Part shown: positions 26,873 through 35,668 of the stretch, in pieces
How positions within the stretch are numbered: the first letter of the stretch is position 1
Layout of the letters: each line of letters starts with the position of its first letter
Source of the DNA: Deltaproteobacteria bacterium
GTDB lineage: Bacteria; Myxococcota_A; Polyangia; Fen-1088
Direction of reading: 5' to 3'
DNA: 64,000 nt
Assembly (NCBI GenBank): GCA_033763315.1
Contig: JANRKS010000026.1
Coordinates: 90,821-154,820 of the forward strand
Position numbers and translations under genes: made by a program
The notes under the pieces: model-generated
Told to the model about the DNA's origin: nothing
The model's input: only the letters and a program-made list of their open reading frames with translations
The model's database searches: none

Positions 26873-27700
26873 ATGCCCCCCACCCGACGCCCCCCGAACG
26901 ACAAAGACAACGGCCTGCCCGAAGTGAAGGTGTGTGGTGTGCATGCCTGCCGTGCTGTGTTTCGTGCGCGTCCCGACGATATTCTACGCGTCTATGTGCG
27001 TGACACCAGCGTCACCGCCTTGGGTGATGTGTTGTCGGCCCTCGCAAAACAGCGCCGCCCTTACAAGGTGATACCAAACGACGAGTTGGAGCGGCTGACA
27101 GACAGCACGCACCACGAAGGCGTGTGCTTTGTGGTGCGTGCGAAGCCGCCCTTGTCACTTGACGACATTTTGCAAGGCCACGAGCCACAATGCGTGCTCG
27201 CGCTGACCGACGTGGCCAACCCGCATAATGTGGGCGCGATCTTGCGAACCGCGGCTCACTTTGGCGCGCAAGCCGCGATTTTGGGCGGGGGAGCGCGCGT
27301 GTCTGCAGCCGCGTTAAGAACCGCGCAAGGCGGAGGTGAAGCCGTCAAGGTCGTCAGCACCAACGATTGGGCAGCCGCTTTGGCCAGCTGCCGGGCCGCT
27401 GGTTACACGTTGTGCGCCACTTCAAGCCACGCGCGCAACAATGTGTTCGAGACGCGTTTTCCCAAGAAAATTGTGGTCCTGGTGGGCAGCGAAGCGCACG
27501 GCCTGCCCGACGAAGTGTCGGCGTTGGCGGACCTGCGCGTGACGGTGCCCGGAACGGGCCAAGTGGAAAGCCTCAACGTCGCGGCGGCCACCGCTGTGGT
27601 CTTGGGTGAATGGTGGCGGCAACGGCACCAAAGCGACAAGGCCACTACGGCTGTGAATGCGCCTGCGGCTGGCAAACCCCCACGCGGCCCGCGCCGCTAG
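26873..27700 (+). CDS. TrmH/SpoU-family RNA methyltransferase
   Basis: HHEGV, DVANPHNVGAILRTA, GSEAHGL, VESLNV. Confidence 0.92.
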   Translation: MPPTRRPPNDKDNGLPEVKVCGVHACRAVFRARPDDILRVYVRDTSVTALGDVLSALAKQRRPYKVIPNDELERLTDSTHHEGVCFVVRAKPPLSLDDILQGHEPQCVLALTDVANPHNVGAILRTAAHFGAQAAILGGGARVSAAALRTAQGGGEAVKVVSTNDWAAALASCRAAGYTLCATSSHARNNVFETRFPKKIVVLVGSEAHGLPDEVSALADLRVTVPGTGQVESLNVAAATAVVLGEWWRQRHQSDKATTAVNAPAAGKPPRGPRR

Positions 27701-28215
27701 TTCGCTTTATAGGGCTGGCCCTGCGGATCCAGCTTCAGCTTGGTCTTCTTCAATTTGCCTCCCAATTCGATCTTGTAGAACGTGGGCTGCTGCGCGGTCT
27801 TCATGAACACCGCTTTGCATTTTTTTATCTCAGCCTTTGCGTAGCGTGCGTTAACGGCTTTGCGCACAGCCTCTGGCAATTCAGCTTCCAAAAGTGTGGT
27901 CTGCGTGCGCACCACTTCACCATTCTCGGCGATCTGCACGCTGCGCTTGTGGCCTTCGGCCTTGAACTTAGCCGTGTAAAGCACCGCGCCGTCCTTCTTC
28001 TCTTTCTCGATGTTCTTGGGCAGCGCTTGCCCCAAAACCTTATTCAACGTGGCCAACACCGGCCCGGGCGCCGAGCGCGCAGCGATGGTTTGGGCCTTCG
28101 CGTGCGCAGCGCCAACACTGCCAAGCATGGCCAGAAGCACCACAGCGGCCCCAAGCCCTTGGCGAAACCGCGCCCGCACAAGAAACGCACACGAACGACC
28201 AGTGAAAAGTTCCAT
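27697..28215 (-). CDS. Periplasmic PepSY-like protein
   Basis: Signal peptide (AAHA), ELPEAVRKAVNARY, FYKIEL..LDPQG; start uncertain. Confidence 0.65.
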   Translation of the reverse strand: MELFTGRSCAFLVRARFRQGLGAAVVLLAMLGSVGAAHAKAQTIAARSAPGPVLATLNKVLGQALPKNIEKEKKDGAVLYTAKFKAEGHKRSVQIAENGEVVRTQTTLLEAELPEAVRKAVNARYAKAEIKKCKAVFMKTAQQPTFYKIELGGKLKKTKLKLDPQGQPYKAN

Positions 28216-28313
28216 GTCCACCTTTGCTTTGCCTACGCCTAGCCTACCCTGTGCGGCCCCAAGGACCGTAAAAAAGCGCAAGCCCGTATTGATAAGCTAG
28301 GCTGCGCCTGCCG

Positions 28314-29243
28314 ATGTCTTCCGCTGCGAAAGCTCCGTCTCGTTGGGCGATCTTGTTTGCTTTCGCCGCCGTTTATTTTGTGTGGGGTTCAACGTATTTG
28401 GCGATGCGGGTGGGCGTTCGCACCATTCCACCGTTCTTGTTGGGTGCGGCGCGCTTCTTTTTGGCGGGTGCGTTGCTGTGGGGCTTCGCCGCGGCCCAAG
28501 GCCTCACCCGTCACGCCCAGGGTCACTGGCGACGCAGCGCCATTGCCGGGGCCCTGTTGCTGGTGGGCGGCAACGGCGGCGTGGTGTGGTCGGTGCAATA
28601 CATTCCCTCGGGGCTTGCTGCATTGGTGGTGGGCGCCGTTCCGTTGTGGATCGTCGCCATTGAATGGGCGCAAGGCGCACGCAAGCCGACGCTGAGGGTG
28701 AGCTTAGGCTTGGTGGCAGGTTTGGCCGGCATGGCCGTATTGCTACTGCCTGATGTATTGGCATCGTTGCGCCACCGGGGCGATGAACAGCATCACGCGC
28801 TGGGCATCATTGTGGTGCTGCTGGCGTCGCTGTCGTGGTCGTTCGGCTCGCTTTACACGCGCAAGATCCGCATCCCCGAAGCGCCTTCGCTGGCGCCTGC
28901 GATGCAAACGCTTGTGGGCGGCTTTTTGCTGTTGGTGCTATCAGCCATCACTGGCGAATGGCACGGGTTTTCATTCGCTCGGGTGGGAACCTCGGGCGCG
29001 CTGTCCGTCGCTTATTTGGTGGTGTTCGGATCTCTGCTCGCTTACTCGGCCTACATCTGGTTGCTGCAAGTGGTGGCGCCCGCGCGCGTGTCAACCTATG
29101 CGTTTGTGAATCCCGTGGTGGCCGTCCTGCTGGGGTGCTTGATTTTGAACGAGCCGTTAAACCCACGCATGCTTGTTTCCGCCGCCATCGTGATCGCGGG
29201 CGTAGCGCTCATAACCATCGCCCCTCGACCCGCCCAAGCCTAA
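28314..29243 (+). CDS. EamA/DMT-family transporter (YedA-like)
   Basis: VYFVWGSTYLA, about 10 TM helices, STYAFVNPVVAV. Confidence 0.92.
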   Translation: MSSAAKAPSRWAILFAFAAVYFVWGSTYLAMRVGVRTIPPFLLGAARFFLAGALLWGFAAAQGLTRHAQGHWRRSAIAGALLLVGGNGGVVWSVQYIPSGLAALVVGAVPLWIVAIEWAQGARKPTLRVSLGLVAGLAGMAVLLLPDVLASLRHRGDEQHHALGIIVVLLASLSWSFGSLYTRKIRIPEAPSLAPAMQTLVGGFLLLVLSAITGEWHGFSFARVGTSGALSVAYLVVFGSLLAYSAYIWLLQVVAPARVSTYAFVNPVVAVLLGCLILNEPLNPRMLVSAAIVIAGVALITIAPRPAQA

Positions 29244-29313
29244 CGTTGTGCCGAGGCGCAACATCGGCAAATTTGACCCAGGGCCTGGTCGGGCCAAACA
29301 TGGACCAAAGCCC

Positions 29314-30153
29314 ATGGAAGCATTGTCATCACGTCGTCCGCCTGTGGCTCACGCAGGCGTGGCTGCCGCAACGCAAGCCCACGCCGCGTTCGATCTCAAA
29401 GGGATCATGAGTTCGACCACCGTCATGCGGCTGCGGTCGCGCGACCTAGGACTCATCGAACGTCAGCTGCGCAACCGCGTAACGCAGTTTCCGCAATTCT
29501 TTGAAAACGCACCGATGGTGCTGGATTTTGCAGGTTTACAGGGCAAATCCGATGGCATCGCCTTGGCCGCTTTGGCGCGCATGCTGCGTGCGCGTGGCGT
29601 GGTGCCCGTGGGCGTCACCAACTTGGGCGAAGGTTTTCACGAAGAAGCCATCGCCGCGGGGTTAGGCATCATCAAGCCCGCGGGTCCAGCGGCGCTGCGG
29701 CTTGAGCAAGAAGAAGAGGCCGCACGTAAAGTGGGCCCCACACCTGCGGCCCCCGTGAACGATGGCCCCACAATTCCGAACGCGGCCATGGTGGCGCCCG
29801 AACCCGTGCGCCCGATTTTCGCTCATCGTCCACCGATGGTGGTGCGGCAGCCCGTGCGCAGCGGCCAAGAGGTTTACGCGCGCGGCACCGATCTGATCGT
29901 GCTTGCCGCTGTGAATCCCGGAGCGCAGGTCATCGCTGATGGGCACGTGCACGTGTATGCGCCGTTGCGCGGCCGCGCGATCGCGGGCGCGGCCGGCTTT
30001 CCCGAGGCACGTATTTTTTGCCAGAAGCTGGAAGCAGAACTCATCTGCATCGCAGGCGCCTATATGTTGGCTGACGATTTGCCCGCCGATCGCTTGGGCC
30101 GCGCCGTGCAAGTGTTCATCGAACACGGCGAGTGCCACATCGTGCCGCTTTAA
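29314..30153 (+). CDS. minC: Septum site-determining protein MinC
   Basis: PQFFENAPMVLD, PVRSGQEVYA..DLIV..VNPGAQVIADGHVHVY..LRGRAIAG. Confidence 0.92.
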   Translation: MEALSSRRPPVAHAGVAAATQAHAAFDLKGIMSSTTVMRLRSRDLGLIERQLRNRVTQFPQFFENAPMVLDFAGLQGKSDGIALAALARMLRARGVVPVGVTNLGEGFHEEAIAAGLGIIKPAGPAALRLEQEEEAARKVGPTPAAPVNDGPTIPNAAMVAPEPVRPIFAHRPPMVVRQPVRSGQEVYARGTDLIVLAAVNPGAQVIADGHVHVYAPLRGRAIAGAAGFPEARIFCQKLEAELICIAGAYMLADDLPADRLGRAVQVFIEHGECHIVPL

Positions 30154-30311
30154 CGCCATTTCGACCGCGCCTTGTTTCGCGGTTCACACGCCCTTGATGT
30201 AGGCAAAGCTCCCACGCGATCGCCCGGTTTCTGCAAAAATTTTGCAGACTTCCGTAGATCGATTCTTATGTGAACACGAGTTCGCGAAAAGCATTAGGGA
30301 GGCCAAAAATC

Positions 30312-31121
30312 GTGTCCAAAGTCATTGTCGTCACCTCGGGTAAAGGTGGAGTCGGAAAAACCACCACAAGCGCCAATCTTGCAACAGGGCTTGCCATGCG
30401 AGGCCACAAGACAGTGGCCATCGATTTCGACGTGGGCTTGCGAAACCTGGACCTCGTCCTGGGTTGCGAACGCCGCGTGGTTTACGACTTCGTCAACGTC
30501 ATCAAAGGCGAAGCGAAGCTGCAGCAAGCGCTCATTAAAGATAAGCGCATTGATAATCTTTACGTCCTCGCCGCTTCGCAGACGCGCGACAAAGACGCGC
30601 TTGAAGAAGAAGGCGTAGGCCGCGTGCTCAACGAGCTCAAAGAAATGGGCTTTGAGTACATCATCTGCGATTCGCCTGCCGGCATCGAAAAGGGCGCGCA
30701 AATGGCGATGTTCTTCGCAGATGAAGCCATCGTTGTGGCCAACCCGGAAGTGTCATCGGTGCGCGATTCCGATCGCGTGTTGGGCCTGCTCGCCGCAAAA
30801 ACGGTGCGCGCGGCCAGCGGTGGGGCTCCGATCAAGAGCCACTTGCTGTTGACCCGCTACAACCCCTTGCGGGTGAAAAAGGGCGAAATGCTCAGCGTGG
30901 AAGACATCCTTGAGCTTTTGGGCATCCCGCTTTTGGGCGTGATTCCAGAATCCAAGATTGTGCTTTTATCCTCGAACAAAGGCACGCCAGCCATCCTCGA
31001 CGAGGAATCGGACGTGGCGCAGGCCTATTTGGATGTTGTGTATCGCTTCTTGGGCGAAGAGCGCGAACAGCGTTTCATTCACGAAGAAAAGCGCGGCATC
31101 TTGGCCCGGTTGTTCGGCTAA
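30312..31121 (+). CDS. minD: Septum site-determining ATPase MinD
   Basis: SGKGGVGKTT, DVGLRNLD, DSPAGIE, C-terminal amphipathic GILARLFG; GGGAGG RBS before GTG. Confidence 0.96.
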   Translation: MSKVIVVTSGKGGVGKTTTSANLATGLAMRGHKTVAIDFDVGLRNLDLVLGCERRVVYDFVNVIKGEAKLQQALIKDKRIDNLYVLAASQTRDKDALEEEGVGRVLNELKEMGFEYIICDSPAGIEKGAQMAMFFADEAIVVANPEVSSVRDSDRVLGLLAAKTVRAASGGAPIKSHLLLTRYNPLRVKKGEMLSVEDILELLGIPLLGVIPESKIVLLSSNKGTPAILDEESDVAQAYLDVVYRFLGEEREQRFIHEEKRGILARLFG

Positions 31122-31141
31122 ACGCCGGTGGGGGAAGTGGC

Positions 31142-31435
31142 ATGTCATTAATCGATCTGTTTCGGCGTGGACGACCTCGGCCAGCAAGTCTGGCCAAAGA
31201 ACGCCTCTCGATCATCGTGGCGCGCGAACGTGCGGCCACGCGAGGAGGAGGCCTCGACTACTTGCCGCAGCTTCAACAGGAATTGTTGGCGGTGCTGGCA
31301 AAGTACGAAGTGATTGACCTGCAAAACGTTTCAGTGAACCTGGATCGGCGCGACGATTGCGAGGTCCTTGAACTGAACATCGTGCTTCCGGAAGTTCCGG
31401 AGCAACCCGTGGCGCGCAAACGCGCCGCCTTTTAA
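31142..31435 (+). CDS. minE: Cell division topological specificity factor MinE
   Basis: ASLAKERLSIIVARER, YLPQLQQELLAVLAKY, VLELNIVLP. Confidence 0.95.
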   Translation: MSLIDLFRRGRPRPASLAKERLSIIVARERAATRGGGLDYLPQLQQELLAVLAKYEVIDLQNVSVNLDRRDDCEVLELNIVLPEVPEQPVARKRAAF

Positions 31436-31462
31436 ACCAACGCATCAGCGCCCGCGAGGGCG

Positions 31463-32131
31463 CTACATGCACGCTTGCTGTGCTGCCGAACAAGGCGCCG
31501 CCGCGGCAACCCAGCCGGCGGGCAGGCAGGTGCTTGGGAACAAATGGCAAGCGCCGGCGGGACTCGTGGCCCACGTCAGCGAACCGTCGCAACCAACACC
31601 TGCGGCTTGGCACCCCACCACAGCCGGGGCTTGCAAGCACTGCAACGTGGGCTCCACGGGCGAAGCGGTGATTGATTGGCAAAACGCATCCGCTTTGCAG
31701 GCGGACGCAGCAATCGCCGCACACGACGCACAAGCCCCCGCGCCATTGCAGTTGGCCGTGAAGTCGCGGACCACCGTGAACTCTAGGGCCGGTGCCACAC
31801 GCCGGAACGTGGTGGTGGCGAAAACGGCCGTGTTGTCGGGTGCCACCGTGACCCCGGCGATGCCCCTTTGGCCCATGAACTCAGCCACACAACTGGCCCG
31901 GTGCTTGAGCGCGCTGGCCGACACCGGCTTGCCCGCCGCATCTGTGGTGGCCAGCGCCACCGCAAACCCGACCGTGCGATCGGCCTGCGTTTGCAACTGA
32001 GCGCACCGCGCGGGCGTGTCGGCGCACACAAGGCCGCGTTTAAAGTCGGGCTCCCATGCGTCGTCACACGGATCGCCGAGACAACCACTGCACAGCGCTG
32101 TCATGAACAGTGTTGCAAGCATTCGTTTCAT
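31463..32131 (-). CDS. Cys-rich lipoprotein
   Basis: Lipobox CSGC; C-terminal Cys cluster ending CHLFPSTCLPAGW; ATGA overlap with DAHP synthase. Confidence 0.7.
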   Translation of the reverse strand: MKRMLATLFMTALCSGCLGDPCDDAWEPDFKRGLVCADTPARCAQLQTQADRTVGFAVALATTDAAGKPVSASALKHRASCVAEFMGQRGIAGVTVAPDNTAVFATTTFRRVAPALEFTVVRDFTANCNGAGACASCAAIAASACKADAFCQSITASPVEPTLQCLQAPAVVGCQAAGVGCDGSLTWATSPAGACHLFPSTCLPAGWVAAAAPCSAAQQACM

Positions 32132-33555
32132 CGCGCTGCCCCACCTTCTTTCAAGAGTTTTGCCGTGCGGAACGCCATTTCCAGCGCCTGCCTGTAATTG
32201 AGCCGCGGGTCGCAGGCGCTTGCATAGTTGCGATCCAGATCGGCCTCACTCAGGCCGCCACCAATGCATTCGGTCACGTCGTCGCCGGTCAGTTCAAAAT
32301 GAACACCACCTAGCACCGAGCCCGCGGCTTTGTGCACAGCAAAGGTTTGTTCCACTTCGCTCAGGATGTCGTCGAAGCTGCGCGTCTTGATGCCGCTGCC
32401 CAAAACCTGCCCGTTGCCGTGCATCGGATCACTCACCCACAGAACGTGCGCGCCCACTTTTTGAACGGCGTCCACCACGTTGGGCAGCGCGCGCGTCACG
32501 TTGGCGGCGCCCATGCGCGTGATCAACATGAGTTTGCCGGCTTCGTTCGCAGGATTTAACGCGCGCACCAGGCCCAGCACCTCTTCAGGCGTGGCCTTGG
32601 GCCCCACTTTGACACCCACCGGATTGCGAATGCCGCGGAAAAAATCTATGTGCGCGCCGCCGAGATCACGGGTGCGCTCACCAATCCACGGCAGGTGCGT
32701 GGTGAGATCATAGTAACCCGTGCGTCGTGGCACCTTACGCGTTTGCGCTGATTCGTAGTGCAGTGAGAGGCCTTCGTGGCTCGCAAAGAATTCGACGCGC
32801 GTCAGATCGTCAACAGGAGCCTCACCCAGCGCTTCCATGAAACGAATCGCTTCGCCAATCTCACGCGTCATGTGCGTGTATTCGTGCCGCAACTCTTCCG
32901 GCAGCTCTGCGCGCGACAGGTTGCTGAGATCCCAAAATTCGGGATGGTGAAGATCCGCAAAACCACCCATCGTGAGCGATCGCACGAAATTGATCGTGGC
33001 CGCCGAATGCAAATAGGCCTGCAACAACAATTCAGGATCAGGCGTGCGGGCTTGCACGGTGAAATCCTGGCGGTTCACCAGATCACCGAAGTAGCTCGGC
33101 AGTTCCACACCGTCGCGGCTCTCGGTGGGCTTTGAGCGCGGCTTTGCGTACTGCCCCGCAAAACGCCCCACGCGCACCACCGGCCGTTTGGCGCCGTGGA
33201 TCAGCACCACCGACATCTGCAGCAAGATCTTCAGCTTGTTGGCGATCACGTCCGGGCGGCAATCCGCCAACGTCTCCGCGCAATCACCCCCTTGCAACAA
33301 GAAGCGCTTGCCCGTTTCTGCATCAGCCATCAATGCGCGCAGGCGCTCAATCTCCCACGACGTCACCAAAGGCGGCAACGATCGCAACTTGTTTGTCACC
33401 GCCAAAAGCTTCTCAGCGTCGGGGTATCCTATTTCCTGCGCGGCCGGCTTGGCCTTCCACGATTCCGGCGACCACGCGCTGCCAATGGCAGAGTTGGCAG
33501 AGGCCACGGGGATGGAAGCAGAGGCGGGATCAACGGGTGAGGTCATAGCCTGCAA
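32128..33555 (-). CDS. Class II DAHP synthase
   Basis: LLQGGDCAE, GRFAGQYAKPRS, WIGERTR, DPMHGN, GGVHFELTG, CDPRLN. Confidence 0.95.
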   Translation of the reverse strand: MQAMTSPVDPASASIPVASANSAIGSAWSPESWKAKPAAQEIGYPDAEKLLAVTNKLRSLPPLVTSWEIERLRALMADAETGKRFLLQGGDCAETLADCRPDVIANKLKILLQMSVVLIHGAKRPVVRVGRFAGQYAKPRSKPTESRDGVELPSYFGDLVNRQDFTVQARTPDPELLLQAYLHSAATINFVRSLTMGGFADLHHPEFWDLSNLSRAELPEELRHEYTHMTREIGEAIRFMEALGEAPVDDLTRVEFFASHEGLSLHYESAQTRKVPRRTGYYDLTTHLPWIGERTRDLGGAHIDFFRGIRNPVGVKVGPKATPEEVLGLVRALNPANEAGKLMLITRMGAANVTRALPNVVDAVQKVGAHVLWVSDPMHGNGQVLGSGIKTRSFDDILSEVEQTFAVHKAAGSVLGGVHFELTGDDVTECIGGGLSEADLDRNYASACDPRLNYRQALEMAFRTAKLLKEGGAAR

Positions 33556-33575
33556 AATCTAGCAGGCCTTGTGCG

Positions 33576-35561
33576 CTATAGGCCGCCGCCTTCGAGCGAT
33601 GGCAATTCGATCAACGGGATCTCGCTGCGTTTGCGCGGCACAATCGCCAACGGCGCCAAAGGCCCGAAAATTGGCGCATCAACCGGGATGAACGCGGGCG
33701 GCGTGGTCCACACCGACAACGCCTCCGCGCTGCGGGGCGCGGGCGGCACATCCCGGTCCGCGATGTCAGCCGAGGGCCACCGCAGCCGCGTGTTGGCTTG
33801 CTGGGCCGCCAGCAGCGCTAAAAACGTGATGGGGTTATACGAGTAGATCACTTGATCAAGCGGCAACCCAGCGTGCTCGGAAAGCGCGTCGTTCCAAAAG
33901 ATGTAAGGTTTAATGGCTTCGTCATAAACGCGCCGCTTGGCTTCGTCACTGATGCCTTGCAGCTCCGGTGAATTCACGAACTCCGTCGGTGTTTGTTTGT
34001 CACCCCATTCGTGCGCGTGGCGGATCACAAAACGCCGCAACGCCTGCCGTGCGTCCAGATTTTCACTGCGGAAGAACTGCGACAATTCCGTTTGGCTCAA
34101 GGCTCCGTCGCTGGCACGGTTCACGAGATCCAGCACCATACCCCGGCGCATCCAGGGCCCATCGGATACGCCCGTGGCGTGTTTGAAAAACCGTCCGGCG
34201 TCGATGGGCAAACGATCGGCGCTGAAGATCTCAAACCGTGTCTCAGGCCCCACCTCAGCCCCGCGCTTTACAAACCCAACACGTCCGATGATTTCGCCCG
34301 ACTCCACGCTGGCGTTCAGCAAAGTGACGCCACCAAACTTCAACGAGGCCAACGCGCGCCGATCGCGTTCCCGCACCAGGGTTTCAAGCCAAGGCACCCC
34401 TGATGATTCGGGCGCCTCTTGCAGCAGCAGGTGCGACAACAACGAGAAGAAGGTGATCGGCCCACCGGGCGTCTGCAGCTCATGTTTTATCAGCGCGAAC
34501 GAGGTGGATGAAAGGCCATGTTTGCCAAACCGCGCCGCCACAATCGTGCCTCGCAATGGCGCGCGCACGGGGGCCCCCGGTGCGCCCCGAAAGTTCATAC
34601 CCGAGTGCTGCAAGCCCGCGGGGCTCACAGGGTAAAACCCGGTGCTGCGCTCTTCCGCGCTTTCAAATGCCACGCGCGCGGTGCGGTTGATGGCGAGCTC
34701 ATCGTCAAAAGGAAACCGCGTGTAGCCACCCACCTGCAACGGCAAGTAATAACCATTGAGGGCAGACATCAACTTCTTCCAGTCGAACGCGCCCGGATCC
34801 CACTTCTGTCGCCCCTCATCCACGTGTAAATGCCCCACGATGCCCTCAAACTGGCTTGGCTTTTCCAACGTATCCAATGACGGCTCGCCATTGGGTCCCA
34901 TTGGGATCACGGGGCCTATCTTGGGAAACACACGAATGATCGCGCGCGACAAGGCAATGATGGATCGATACTGCTCGGGCCGGTAATCAAAGGCTTTGTG
35001 TATGTGACCATTGATCAGCACGTCGCGCACGGGGCGCGTGCGATAGTCCGGCGGCAAACGCGAAAGCTCATTGCGGCTGGCGTCGGCGCGGTTGCAGATC
35101 TCCACGCCCACCGAGATCGTGTTGGCTTGTTCGGCGTGATAAGCACGCTCCACCAAATCCAGCGTTTGGTAAATCGTGCCGTCGGCATCCACCATGAAAT
35201 GTGCGGACAAGCCACATCCACCGTCGGGGCGCGGCATGTCGTGCATGCTGTAAAAGCACGAGCGCGAATTCACGCAGCCGTCGTGGTGCAACACGAACTG
35301 CTTCACGATGCCTTGCAGCTCTTCGAGCGACCGGCCCTTCATGCCCGAACGTTTTCCAAAGCGCTTAAATTGACGCTGGCAGCAGGGGCTTTTGGCCTTC
35401 GCGCTCTCTTCGAGGCACAGCTCGGCATAACCGTCGAAGCCGCGCTCGGGATCGTCCCACAGCACCACGGGCCGCCCCACGTCGAATTTCTGACCACCCA
35501 CGACGATTTGCGTGTTGGTGGCGGCAAGCGTGGTTAAAGCGAGTAGCGCAAGCGATCCCAT
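33576..35561 (-). CDS. Secreted N-acetylmuramoyl-L-alanine amidase (Amidase_2) fused to a degenerate M23-like domain
   Basis: Signal peptide; FVLHHD, LSAHFMVD..IYQ, AYHA, SVGVEI, VGHLH..KWDPG; then PVRAPLRGTIVAAR, FFSLLSHL, RFEIFS. Confidence 0.8.
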   Translation of the reverse strand: MGSLALLALTTLAATNTQIVVGGQKFDVGRPVVLWDDPERGFDGYAELCLEESAKAKSPCCQRQFKRFGKRSGMKGRSLEELQGIVKQFVLHHDGCVNSRSCFYSMHDMPRPDGGCGLSAHFMVDADGTIYQTLDLVERAYHAEQANTISVGVEICNRADASRNELSRLPPDYRTRPVRDVLINGHIHKAFDYRPEQYRSIIALSRAIIRVFPKIGPVIPMGPNGEPSLDTLEKPSQFEGIVGHLHVDEGRQKWDPGAFDWKKLMSALNGYYLPLQVGGYTRFPFDDELAINRTARVAFESAEERSTGFYPVSPAGLQHSGMNFRGAPGAPVRAPLRGTIVAARFGKHGLSSTSFALIKHELQTPGGPITFFSLLSHLLLQEAPESSGVPWLETLVRERDRRALASLKFGGVTLLNASVESGEIIGRVGFVKRGAEVGPETRFEIFSADRLPIDAGRFFKHATGVSDGPWMRRGMVLDLVNRASDGALSQTELSQFFRSENLDARQALRRFVIRHAHEWGDKQTPTEFVNSPELQGISDEAKRRVYDEAIKPYIFWNDALSEHAGLPLDQVIYSYNPITFLALLAAQQANTRLRWPSADIADRDVPPAPRSAEALSVWTTPPAFIPVDAPIFGPLAPLAIVPRKRSEIPLIELPSLEGGGL

Positions 35562-35668
35562 GGCCAAGGCGCTGGCAGGTTGCCGCACGCGGGGGCGCTG
35601 GGCAACGTCCAATGCCACGTCCGCCGGTGGTTTTGTCCGCGCTCGCTGGCCTCGGCATAGGGTTGTGC

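Noticed and set aside
31463-33555. Secondary-metabolite cluster around the class II DAHP synthase
   Set aside because: No phenazine, AHBA, PKS or NRPS genes nearby; likely the housekeeping shikimate enzyme
33576-35561. Amidase as a T6SS effector of this cluster
   Set aside because: It has an apparent signal peptide, no PAAR/VgrG/adaptor linkage and no coupled downstream immunity gene
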